Shown here piece by piece: positions 8,472 to 16,397 of a DNA stretch of 43,707 bases; within the stretch, counting starts at the first letter, position 1; every line of letters starts with the position of its first letter. Position numbers and translations under genes: made by a program. Source of the DNA: a virus (Duplodnaviria; Caudoviricetes); the IMG/VR virus record IMGVR_UViG_3300033076_001308, positions 1-43,707 of that record; one strand, given 5' to 3'. The notes beneath the pieces were generated by a model. It searched no databases, was not told the DNA's origin, and saw only the letters and a program-made list of their open reading frames with translations.

Positions 8472-8944
8472 CGTTGGCTCCCGAAGTTGATGATGCGTTG
8501 GGCGCGGTGATAGCGTGACGAGGTAGGTTTCGTTCCCAGGGTACGGAGGAACTCGGTAGACCATGTGAGCATGTTAGCGTCGTCTGGTGCATTCTCCGGG
8601 CCTCGAGAGCGGCATAGGTAGTCCATAATTTCGAGGTTTTCTGGGACCTTGGCATTCGGGGTGATGAGCCAGCGGGCGACAGCGGAGCCGAACACTATGT
8701 TGTATCTACCGAGGGCGGTCATGTGAGACACCGCATACAGCAGCGATTCCACGGCGGAGTCCTTCGGGTATGCATCGAACACCTTTTCGAAGTCGCGCCC
8801 GGACCGCACATTTCGTAGACGTTCTACGATATTATGGGCGGTTGTGACTAGCCGATGCCAGTCAGTCCCCTCGAATCGTTCGGCGAGATAACTGTAGGCG
8901 GCCTCGGCGAATTGTCCCCCAGCCGGGTATACTGCAATTTTCAT
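8468..8944 (-). CDS. Hypothetical protein, probable paralogue of 7974..8471
   Basis: 158 aa; ends RAQRIINFGSQR; lower GC. Confidence 0.75.
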   Translation of the reverse strand: MKIAVYPAGGQFAEAAYSYLAERFEGTDWHRLVTTAHNIVERLRNVRSGRDFEKVFDAYPKDSAVESLLYAVSHMTALGRYNIVFGSAVARWLITPNAKVPENLEIMDYLCRSRGPENAPDDANMLTWSTEFLRTLGTKPTSSRYHRAQRIINFGSQR

Positions 8945-8945
8945 G

Positions 8946-10673
8946 TCAGGCCCCCGTCACTTTGAGGGCCCGCACGAGGCTATCGAGCAGCGCCGGGATC
9001 TCCGCGGCGTGGCCGATATAGGCGTTGGCGTAGTCGTACTCTGCGCCGTGGCTGCTCTGAGCGAACCGCTTGGTCTGTTCTGCGGTGCTTTCGTCGCAGC
9101 ACACGACGATCGTGTGGACCTCGATCCCGAACTCCTCGGCCATGCGCTTGCAATCGATCTCAGGCGGCTGGGCGTCGGTGAGCAGGATGCAGATCCGCCG
9201 GGTCGCCATCTTGTAGTCGTTGAGCGCACGGCAGGAGAGGCCGACCGCCTCGTTCGTGTTCGTGCTGGCACAGGCCCGGGTGGTGTTGCGCAGGGCGTCG
9301 GGCTTGATGCCCAGGCCCGGTTGGATGTTGGTCACTCGGCAGAAATCCGAGTCGTACAGCAGCACGCCCAGGCTGGTGCCGGGGATGCGGCTGATGGCCA
9401 TGGCCAGACTGGCGCAGGTCCCGGACAGGATGCCTGCGATGTTGCCAGCCTCGGTAGACCCGGACTGGTCGACGACGAGGTCGATAGCCGTGTTGACCGC
9501 CCGGCGGGTGGCGCCAGGGGTCTGGAACACCTTGTCGCTCGTGCCGTAGGGGATCATGGCGATCTTGCGGATGTCCAGGGCCCCGGTGCGCTGGTGCCGC
9601 ACCCAGCCCTTGGTGTCCTTGGCCATCAACGCCTCGGCGAGGCGCGACCGCCAGCGACCCAGGTGCGCCACGGTGGCGTCGAACACCTGCTGGTGCTGGG
9701 GGCTGCGCCCCCAGCGTTCAGGGCGTCGGTACTCCGGCTCGCTCGTGCCGTGGAGGCGCGAGGCTTTCTTGCCGTTGTCCGAGGCGCCAGCACCCCCGCC
9801 GACCGCTTCGGGGGCGTTGGGAACCGGGTGATTGACGATGTCGAGCCAGCCACCGGCGGCTTGGCCCTTGGCGCCGTTCTCGGCGACTTCCTCGGCGGTG
9901 TTGCCCTTGGACTTGGATTTGCCCTTGCCCTTGCCCTTGGCCTTGCTGCTGCCGCTACCGTCGCCGTCGCCCTGCCCCTGGCCTTGTTGGCCCTGCCCGT
10001 CGCCGGGCTGGCCTTGTTGGCCCTGGGACTTGCCTTTGCCCTTACCCTTGCCATCCCCTTGGCCCGGTTCCGGCTTGTCGCCGGTGAGGCCATCGAGGGC
10101 CTTGGCGGCGGCGATGAACCCGGGATCCGCTGCCGACGACGCGGCCAGGACGTTGGACAGGTGGGTGATGATCCAGGACCGCGCTTCGGCGGTCATATGC
10201 TCACCCACCATATGCTCCATGCCTTGGGCGGCCAGAAGCACCTGCATGCGCGGGCTGGACAGGTCCGAGCCGCCCTGGGCGAACAGGGCTTCGTAGGTGG
10301 CACGGATCCACTTGGTACCGTTGCGGTACCAGCGGGCTGAGGCCGCCACATTGATGCGGATATCCTCACAGACATTTACGGAGGCATGGGATGCCTGCTG
10401 GCAGGCCGCGTCCCAGGCCGCCTGGGTCGTCTCGAGGGCGTGCAGGACCTCATGGGCCATGTACCCGGGCACCATTCGCATGGTGGCCTTGTCGCTGATG
10501 ACCATGACCTCCTGCACCGGATCCCAGTACGCCGTCGACGTGTTCGGGCTGAACACGGCGACTGCGGCGGGGCGGCCGGTGAGGGCGACCAGGAACGTCC
10601 TGGCCGCCCCGGCTTGTTGGATCTGCTCGCCGTAGGACAGCGAGGCGATGGGGGTGTCGAGGTTGGTAGTCAT
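8946..10673 (-). CDS. Metallopeptidase-like + VWA domain protein (CobT-like MoxR partner)
   Basis: HEVLH (HExxH) followed by NVCEDIRIN; G/K/Q low-complexity linker; MIDAS DQSGS...T...LLTDAQP. Likely start MTTNLD at 10673. Confidence 0.85.
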   Translation of the reverse strand: MTTNLDTPIASLSYGEQIQQAGAARTFLVALTGRPAAVAVFSPNTSTAYWDPVQEVMVISDKATMRMVPGYMAHEVLHALETTQAAWDAACQQASHASVNVCEDIRINVAASARWYRNGTKWIRATYEALFAQGGSDLSSPRMQVLLAAQGMEHMVGEHMTAEARSWIITHLSNVLAASSAADPGFIAAAKALDGLTGDKPEPGQGDGKGKGKGKSQGQQGQPGDGQGQQGQGQGDGDGSGSSKAKGKGKGKSKSKGNTAEEVAENGAKGQAAGGWLDIVNHPVPNAPEAVGGGAGASDNGKKASRLHGTSEPEYRRPERWGRSPQHQQVFDATVAHLGRWRSRLAEALMAKDTKGWVRHQRTGALDIRKIAMIPYGTSDKVFQTPGATRRAVNTAIDLVVDQSGSTEAGNIAGILSGTCASLAMAISRIPGTSLGVLLYDSDFCRVTNIQPGLGIKPDALRNTTRACASTNTNEAVGLSCRALNDYKMATRRICILLTDAQPPEIDCKRMAEEFGIEVHTIVVCCDESTAEQTKRFAQSSHGAEYDYANAYIGHAAEIPALLDSLVRALKVTGA

Positions 10674-10674
10674 G

Positions 10675-11883
10675 TCAGAACTGCTCCTTGATGACGCCCA
10701 GGGCCGAGGCCTGCTGGGCGGGTTCGTCGATCTTGTTCGTGTAGGCCATGCCCCAGGCATGGGCCCAGTCGAGGCCGAGGGCCTGCAATTCGCACACCTG
10801 GATCGCCGTGCGGATGGTCGCTTCCAGGTCGAGTTGCCCGGCAGCGACCGCCGCTGCCAGACGGGTGATGGTGATGGCCACCCGCTTCTGGTCAGCGGGC
10901 TTGGTGGTCGGGCACTTGGTACCCAGCACACCAACGATGTCGGCTTCGGTCAGCGGCGGCACCTGCACGCACAGGCTGCGGTTCAGCACCGGCGGGGCGA
11001 TGGTGCCGCGGTGGCGGGACTGGGGGTTGAACCCGGTTGCGTTCGCGGTCCACACGAACTGGACGTTCGCAGGGACGGCGATGACGCCGTGTTCCGTGGT
11101 CTGCAACTTGCGGGAGCCGCTGAACTCGAACAACTCAGCCAGTTTCAACTGGAACTCGCCAGGGGTCGTGCAGACCTCGTCGATCAGCACAAGACAACGG
11201 ACCGTGGCGTTGGCGGCAGCGGTCTGCAGGGCCTCGGCCAGGGCGCCCAGGCGGTAGTGCGTCTCACCGGACTTGGCCTCCTGGTACTCCATCATGCGCC
11301 AAGGGTCCTGGCCCTGGCCTTTGACGAAGAACAAGGCGATGCCTTGCTGGTGGCACCACTGCTCGACCGTGAAGGTTTTGCCGACGCCAGCCTGTCCGCA
11401 CAGGCCGACCACGGTGCGCCCCCAGGCTTTCGACAGGACGTCGATCAGCGACTGGGCCCAGGGAAGCGGCTTGAACCCGGGGAACGGGCTCACGCCCATC
11501 GCGCCGGGCAGCAGGCCCTGGGCCGGGGTGTAGGGGATGGCCTGGGACATGCCTGCCATGGACTGGCGCATAGCCTCGGCGGCGGCTTCGGCTTCCTTGC
11601 GGGCCGCGGCTTCGGACGCGGCAGCGGCCTCGGCGGCCAGAACCTTGGCGTTGGCCTCGGAAATGAGGTTCTCGGCCTCGTCCATCTTGGCCATGAGGAG
11701 TTGGCCGTCGTTCTCCAGGAGCGGGTAGAACGGATCGTCGTGAGGCACGATGATGGCGGGAAGCGTCGACCCGGTGGATTGTTGGGCGGTCGTGGTCCGG
11801 TGGTCGACGGCGAGGACGCCGACGAACGGGTCGCTGGACGGCACCAGGGGGATGACGGGGTTGGAGGAAGTGGAAACAGCCAT
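10675..11883 (-). CDS. MoxR/CobS/CbbQ-like AAA+ ATPase
   Basis: Walker A GQAGVGKT, Walker B VLIDEV, sensor 1 WTAN, R-finger VLNRS; adjacent to the VWA gene; AGGAG SD before ATG at 11883. Confidence 0.9.
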   Translation of the reverse strand: MAVSTSSNPVIPLVPSSDPFVGVLAVDHRTTTAQQSTGSTLPAIIVPHDDPFYPLLENDGQLLMAKMDEAENLISEANAKVLAAEAAAASEAAARKEAEAAAEAMRQSMAGMSQAIPYTPAQGLLPGAMGVSPFPGFKPLPWAQSLIDVLSKAWGRTVVGLCGQAGVGKTFTVEQWCHQQGIALFFVKGQGQDPWRMMEYQEAKSGETHYRLGALAEALQTAAANATVRCLVLIDEVCTTPGEFQLKLAELFEFSGSRKLQTTEHGVIAVPANVQFVWTANATGFNPQSRHRGTIAPPVLNRSLCVQVPPLTEADIVGVLGTKCPTTKPADQKRVAITITRLAAAVAAGQLDLEATIRTAIQVCELQALGLDWAHAWGMAYTNKIDEPAQQASALGVIKEQF

Positions 11884-11913
11884 GGTGGCTCCTGCGCCTG
11901 GGGCGCGGGTTGA

Positions 11914-11934
11914 GGTTGCCGGAATTGGCGACCG
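11914..11934. repeat. 21-bp repeat copy 1 (GGTTGCCGGAATTGGCGACCG), imperfect palindrome
   Basis: Identical copy at 12488-12508; both lie just upstream of an SD. Confidence 0.8.
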
Positions 11935-11972
11935 TGGAGCGAGCCTGCGAGAACAGGCTCGGACCAGAGGCG

Positions 11973-12470
11973 TCACTTCACGAGGCTGGCCAGGACGCGA
12001 ATCGCGGTGACAAGGTCAGCGTGCGCCGGCGGCTCGGATGCTTCGGGGGCTTGGGACAGGATTTTAGGGGTTTGGGGCTGGGCGAACGGGTCATGCGCCG
12101 GGGCCTTGGCATGGGATAGGGCTTGGTACCGCTTCAGGTACAGCCCCTCCTGGTGGGCCTGAGCCTGCTGCTCCGCGGCGAAGTCGCGCAGGGACTGGAC
12201 GGTGGTGCGGTCGCCCAGGTGATAGGCGGTAGCCAGGGCCATGATGAACTGGAAGGACGAAAACCCATAGTTGCGGCCTAAGTCACGCAGCAGAGTGCGG
12301 ACCTCGAACCCATCCTCTAGGAGGTATTCGAGTTCGGCGCGTCCGAGCCCCTCGAACGTTTCGGGCACGGCGTCGAGGTAACGGATCAGTTGACGAGGAG
12401 TAAAGCCGTCCGTGAGGGGATCGGGCTTGGTAGGGGTGGACTTGGCGGGCTTGGCGGGCTTGTTGGACAT
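11973..12470 (-). CDS. Hypothetical protein
   Basis: 165 aa, GGAG SD. Confidence 0.75.
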   Translation of the reverse strand: MSNKPAKPAKSTPTKPDPLTDGFTPRQLIRYLDAVPETFEGLGRAELEYLLEDGFEVRTLLRDLGRNYGFSSFQFIMALATAYHLGDRTTVQSLRDFAAEQQAQAHQEGLYLKRYQALSHAKAPAHDPFAQPQTPKILSQAPEASEPPAHADLVTAIRVLASLVK

Positions 12471-12487
12471 GGGGGCTCCATGGTTCG

Positions 12488-12508
12488 GGTTGCCGGAATT
12501 GGCGACCG
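12488..12508. repeat. 21-bp repeat copy 2
   Basis: Identical to 11914-11934. Confidence 0.8.
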
Positions 12509-12543
12509 ATCGGCCCCTGGACGGATCCAGGGGCCTCGGGGCG

Positions 12544-12699
12544 TCAACGGGACTTGTATGCTTGCGCCCACTCGCTGGCCCAGGCGTGGCTCACGATGAG
12601 CCCGGACCACCAGGAGCGGGATTTGATGGTGATGGTGGCCGCCTGTTCAGGGAACAGGCGGTAGGACAGGCGGACGGCTCGGGTGAGGGTGATGGGCAT
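12544..12699 (-). CDS. Small hypothetical protein (MPITLTRAVRLSYRLF...)
   Basis: 51 aa; starts 2 nt after the upstream stop. Confidence 0.5.
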   Translation of the reverse strand: MPITLTRAVRLSYRLFPEQAATITIKSRSWWSGLIVSHAWASEWAQAYKSR

Positions 12700-12701
12700 G
12701 G

Positions 12702-13325
12702 TCAGGCAGCCTTCGTCAGGGTGCGGATGCCAGCCTGGGCCTTGGCAGCGACTTGGGCACGCTTCGCCTTGCGGGCGGCCTCGGCCTCGGCGGCCTCGGC
12801 CTCGGCGGCTTCGACAGCAGCCTTGGCCTTGGCGGCTTCGGCCTCGGTGGCCTTGGCCGCCTCGGCGCCCAGGACCTCGGCGAAGCACCGGGCCTGTCCG
12901 ATGGCGGCCAGGGTACCCTCCAGGCCGATGCTGAACTTGGGATCGTCGCGCAGGGACGCCCCCAGTTCGTCGCAGGCTTGTTTGATGGCGTCGGGCATGT
13001 CCTCGGGAGCGATGCCGTACTTGGCGAGGCCGCCGACCAGGGCGGTGCGGGCGGCACGCAGGCTGGCGATGGTGCCGCCGTTGAACCCGAGGTCGGTCCC
13101 GGTCACGCAGGACATGGCCCGGTGGGCCATACGGACGACGGCGGTGGACAGGGCGAGGTCGTGGGGCAGGCCGGCCACGGTGCGGGTCTGCTTGACGCGG
13201 AGACTGTCGACTTTGCGGCCTTCGACCTCGGCGGGCTGGGCCAGGACCTTGTGGACCTTGACCTTGGTTTCCTTGCGGCCGGCTTCCAGGGCGGCGACCT
13301 TCGCGGCGAGGGTGAGCATGGGCAT
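12702..13325 (-). CDS. Hypothetical protein with Ala/Glu/Lys-rich helical C-terminus; first gene of the early arm
   Basis: AGGAG SD before MPMLTL; strongly GC3-biased codons; EAAKA-type repeats. Confidence 0.8.
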   Translation of the reverse strand: MPMLTLAAKVAALEAGRKETKVKVHKVLAQPAEVEGRKVDSLRVKQTRTVAGLPHDLALSTAVVRMAHRAMSCVTGTDLGFNGGTIASLRAARTALVGGLAKYGIAPEDMPDAIKQACDELGASLRDDPKFSIGLEGTLAAIGQARCFAEVLGAEAAKATEAEAAKAKAAVEAAEAEAAEAEAARKAKRAQVAAKAQAGIRTLTKAA

Positions 13326-13419
13326 GATGGACTCCTGGGGCGCTTGGGCCCCATGGCATGGGTCGAACAGGTGCATCGCAGCGCACTTGCGACTGCTGAA
13401 GGTTCGATCACATGCTTCT

Positions 13420-13450
13420 ACATAAGGTGTCGTGTGGGGGGTGTATCAAG
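13420..13450 (-). promoter_or_regulatory. Possible early promoter
   Basis: cTTGATA at 13450-13444 followed by TTATGT/TATGTA at the start of the early arm; spacing is ambiguous. Confidence 0.35.
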
Positions 13451-13751
13451 TTAAACATGCACGGCGCCGATTTTGGGAGCGTTTGGCGGGGGTTGGCGGG
13501 CTGAAAGGGGGTACGGGTGGGGGGTGGGGCCCCGCGAGATCACTACACGATCACATTTAACAGGGGGAAAAATTATTTTTCCCCGGGATTTTGCAATTTT
13601 TCGTGGGTCGGTTTGGGTAGCGCGAACGGGCAGGGGGCCGGAAGGGCCTACGAACAGGGCTACGCGACACAAAATGCCGGAAGTTTGTGTTGGGTGTGTA
13701 GGTCTACGCCCGCGCATAGATGCACCACGCAGCATCGGCCGCCGCGAGCCT

Positions 13752-13820
13752 CGATTTTTCAAAAATCGTGAGCCCGCGGATTTTTCAAAAATCGAAGACC
13801 CCTCGATTTTTCAAAAATCG
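13752..13820. repeat. Three palindromic 17-mers (CGATTTTTCAAAAATCG) at 26-bp period
   Basis: Copies at 13752-13768, 13778-13794 (one mismatch) and 13804-13820. Confidence 0.9.
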
Positions 13821-13845
13821 AAGGCCCTCAAACCTCGCAAGGCTA

Positions 13846-14207
13846 TAATCTGATAAGTGCAGAAACCCGTCTGCACTTATCAGATCGGCATAAGTCTAGT
13901 TTTTGGCGTAGACTACGCCTAGACTCGTGCAAAATCGGTCATCTGATAAGTGCATTCGCCATATAGCAAGTGACGTATATATATATTGTCCTACTAACTA
14001 TATTAAAATCTGATAAGTACGTGTTTTGCTATTGTGGCGAGTTTCCTATATATACTTTACTCGACAATGTATATATACGATACTTGCTATATGGCGAATG
14101 TACTTATCAGAAACCGCTTGCGGCCATAGTTTGAGCCTAAGCACCGCCGCGGACTGGGCTTGCGACGATCTGATAAGTGCAGAGGCCCATCTGCACTTAT
14201 CAGATTA
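13846..14207. repeat. 362-bp nested inverted-repeat element (candidate origin or packaging site)
   Basis: Two 16-6-16 palindromes at 13848-13885 and 14168-14205; 49-bp arms at 13942-13990 and 14063-14111 (45/49); shared centre 14026.5. Confidence 0.9.
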
Positions 14208-14272
14208 CCCCCGTGCGAGGGCCCCGGGCCCCGGGGAACTGGCGCCCGCGGCCCGCCGTGGTAGGCTCCGGC

Positions 14273-14818
14273 ATGCCCCGCGGAGCCCTCAACAACCGGG
14301 AACTGGCCCTGGCCGCCCTGCGCCTAGATCCGGCCCACACCCGCCGGATGCTGGAGCGCACCACCAGTATCCGGGCCGGGCTGCAGGAGCGGCTGGCGTC
14401 CCTGGACCTGTTCGGGGCCGACGGCGGCGCCCCGACCAAGGCCCGCCGCGGGGATCACCCGCTCCTGCAACTGCTTCTCAAGATGCGCGACGAGTTGACC
14501 GCGGCCGACGACCCCAAGTCCGAACTCGACGCCAAGACCCGGGCCATCCTGAAGGCGGAACTGCTGACGAAGATGGCCAAGACCACCGAGGGCATCACCG
14601 TCGAGGTCGGGCGGGCTACGGTCGAACTGGCGTCCCTGGCCAAGCACGCCGAGGAAATGGATTTCCGCCGCCAAGCGCATGAGGACCACCTGCGCCTGGA
14701 TGAGATGAAGGCCTCCGGGATGCGCAAAGGCAGCACGGTGTCTGACATCCTGGCCCTGGTCCAAGAAAGGACGACCGATGCCAGCCAAGACCCCGAAACT
14801 GACCCGAGCGGAGGCTGA
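14273..14818 (+). CDS. terS: Putative terminase small subunit
   Basis: Helical 181-aa ORF directly upstream of and overlapping terL; positional call. Confidence 0.55.
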   Translation: MPRGALNNRELALAALRLDPAHTRRMLERTTSIRAGLQERLASLDLFGADGGAPTKARRGDHPLLQLLLKMRDELTAADDPKSELDAKTRAILKAELLTKMAKTTEGITVEVGRATVELASLAKHAEEMDFRRQAHEDHLRLDEMKASGMRKGSTVSDILALVQERTTDASQDPETDPSGG

Positions 14819-16385
14819 CAAGATCCTGGCCCAGTTGCGGGCCTCGGATCCGCTGCTGGCGTTCAAGCCGAGCCCGGTGCAAGAATTGTTCCTGCGCAGC
14901 CAGTCCCCGTTTCGGTACATCACCGGCGGTAACCGCACGGGGAAGACCGCGTCCAACGCCATCGATCTGGCAATGACCGCCCGCGGGCTGCACCCGTATC
15001 GGCCGAACCCCGGGCACGTCCGCATTCTGTGCCTGTCGAACTCGCGGCAGCAGGCGGCCCAGGTGTTCGGCCGGAAGTTGTTCGAGGCCTGCGAAATCCC
15101 TGGGCCGCTCCACGATCTGCCGCTCATCCCGCCGGACGAGGTCGAAGTGTCCTGGGTGAAGGTGGGCATGAAGGTGCCCTACAGCGCCAAGACGAAGCAC
15201 GCCGACATCCTGTTCTCGTGGTCCGGCGTCGACGATCTGTGGGAACGCCTGCAGGGCCTGAAACTCGACCACATCTACCTCGACGAAGATGCGGGCACCC
15301 TCAAACTGCTCGACGAATTGTTCATGCGCGGGCTCGACGTGCGCGGCAGCCCAGGCGCTGCCCCGTATGCTGGCTCTATTTCCTGGTCGTCGACGCCGAC
15401 CTGCGGCACCGACGCGCTCCTCAAGTTCAAAGAGTGGTGTCAGGCAAACAACCCGAGCGAATCCTATTTCATGATTCCGTCCGGGGACAACCCGGCGGTG
15501 TCGAAGGCGGCTCTCAACGAGGCCGAGAAGTTCCTCGGCGCGAAGCAGTCGGAAGTTCGCATCCACGCCACCAAAGACGCCAGCGAGTTGATGCAGGTGT
15601 ACGGGGAGCAGTGGAATGATGCCCGGCACATGCTGCAGGCCGATTACGTCCCGTTGCCCACCGACAACCTGTGGCTGGGGTATGACCCGGGCATGGAACA
15701 CCCGACCGGCATGGTGATTGCCGCGGTGAGCATGGACAATCCCCGGCAGTTGAAGTTGGTGAAGGCCTGGAACCACAGCAAGCAGACGGTCGACTACGAC
15801 GTGCGCTGCCTCGACGAGTGGCTGCTCGGCCGCCGGCTGGCCGGCGTCGTCTACGACACCGCGGCCAAGAACCAGGATAAGCGCGGGTCGTCGGTGCTGG
15901 CGGATCTGATGGCCAAGATGAAAGAGGCCGGCACGTCCCCGCTGTTCGGGTATTTTGGGGCCCACAAGCGCCGCGAGCAGGGCATCCCGATGATGCGCCA
16001 CTACCTCGACCCCGACCCCTACGACAAGACCGTGGCGCCGCTGATCGTGGTGAACCCGAGTCAGGCCTCCGGGGGCCAGTTGATCCGCCAGCAGATCCTG
16101 CGGTACCGGGGCAAGGAGGCCACGCGCTTCACCGGCGAAGGCGGCGTCGTCAAGAAAGACGACGAGATGCCTGACTGTATCCGGTACCTGTGCATGCACC
16201 GCATCGGGTGGAACCCTGGCGGGGCCTGCGGCCGGCAATCGAAGTTCGCCCCGGCCCCGGACCAGCGCCCGGTGGGAGCCCCGCCGCCACCCCCGCCTAC
16301 CTACGCGACCCCGTATGAGCGGCACCTCGCCTTGAGCCGCCAGCGCCGGCCGCCGCGCCGGGACTGGACCGCCTCGGACTTCTGA
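14778..16385 (+). CDS. terL: Terminase large subunit
   Basis: PSPVQ...GGNRTGKT (Walker A), IYLDED (Walker B), SSTP (motif C), RNase H-like LGYDPG and DDEMPDCIRY. Confidence 0.93.
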   Translation: MPAKTPKLTRAEADKILAQLRASDPLLAFKPSPVQELFLRSQSPFRYITGGNRTGKTASNAIDLAMTARGLHPYRPNPGHVRILCLSNSRQQAAQVFGRKLFEACEIPGPLHDLPLIPPDEVEVSWVKVGMKVPYSAKTKHADILFSWSGVDDLWERLQGLKLDHIYLDEDAGTLKLLDELFMRGLDVRGSPGAAPYAGSISWSSTPTCGTDALLKFKEWCQANNPSESYFMIPSGDNPAVSKAALNEAEKFLGAKQSEVRIHATKDASELMQVYGEQWNDARHMLQADYVPLPTDNLWLGYDPGMEHPTGMVIAAVSMDNPRQLKLVKAWNHSKQTVDYDVRCLDEWLLGRRLAGVVYDTAAKNQDKRGSSVLADLMAKMKEAGTSPLFGYFGAHKRREQGIPMMRHYLDPDPYDKTVAPLIVVNPSQASGGQLIRQQILRYRGKEATRFTGEGGVVKKDDEMPDCIRYLCMHRIGWNPGGACGRQSKFAPAPDQRPVGAPPPPPPTYATPYERHLALSRQRRPPRRDWTASDF

Positions 16386-16391
16386 TAGCCT
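16365..16391 (+). promoter_or_regulatory. Putative late leaderless promoter
   Basis: TGGACC-N15-TAGCCT-N6-ATG(16398). Confidence 0.55.
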
Positions 16392-16397
16392 GCGGGC

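Noticed and set aside
9900-10075. GK/GQ low-complexity repeats
   Set aside because: Typical disordered linker of peptidase-VWA proteins.
13752-13820. Possible mini CRISPR array
   Set aside because: Repeats are 17 bp with 9-bp spacers, far too short; no cas operon.
13848-13885. dif/XerCD site (6-bp spacer palindrome)
   Set aside because: Arms are identical 16-mers that do not match the asymmetric XerC/XerD consensus; kept only as an unexplained site.
13451-14272. ORFs 13451..13762, 13473..13853, 14026..14682 and the 5' extension of 14177..14818
   Set aside because: They run through repeats and palindromes with atypical composition; the region is best read as non-coding.
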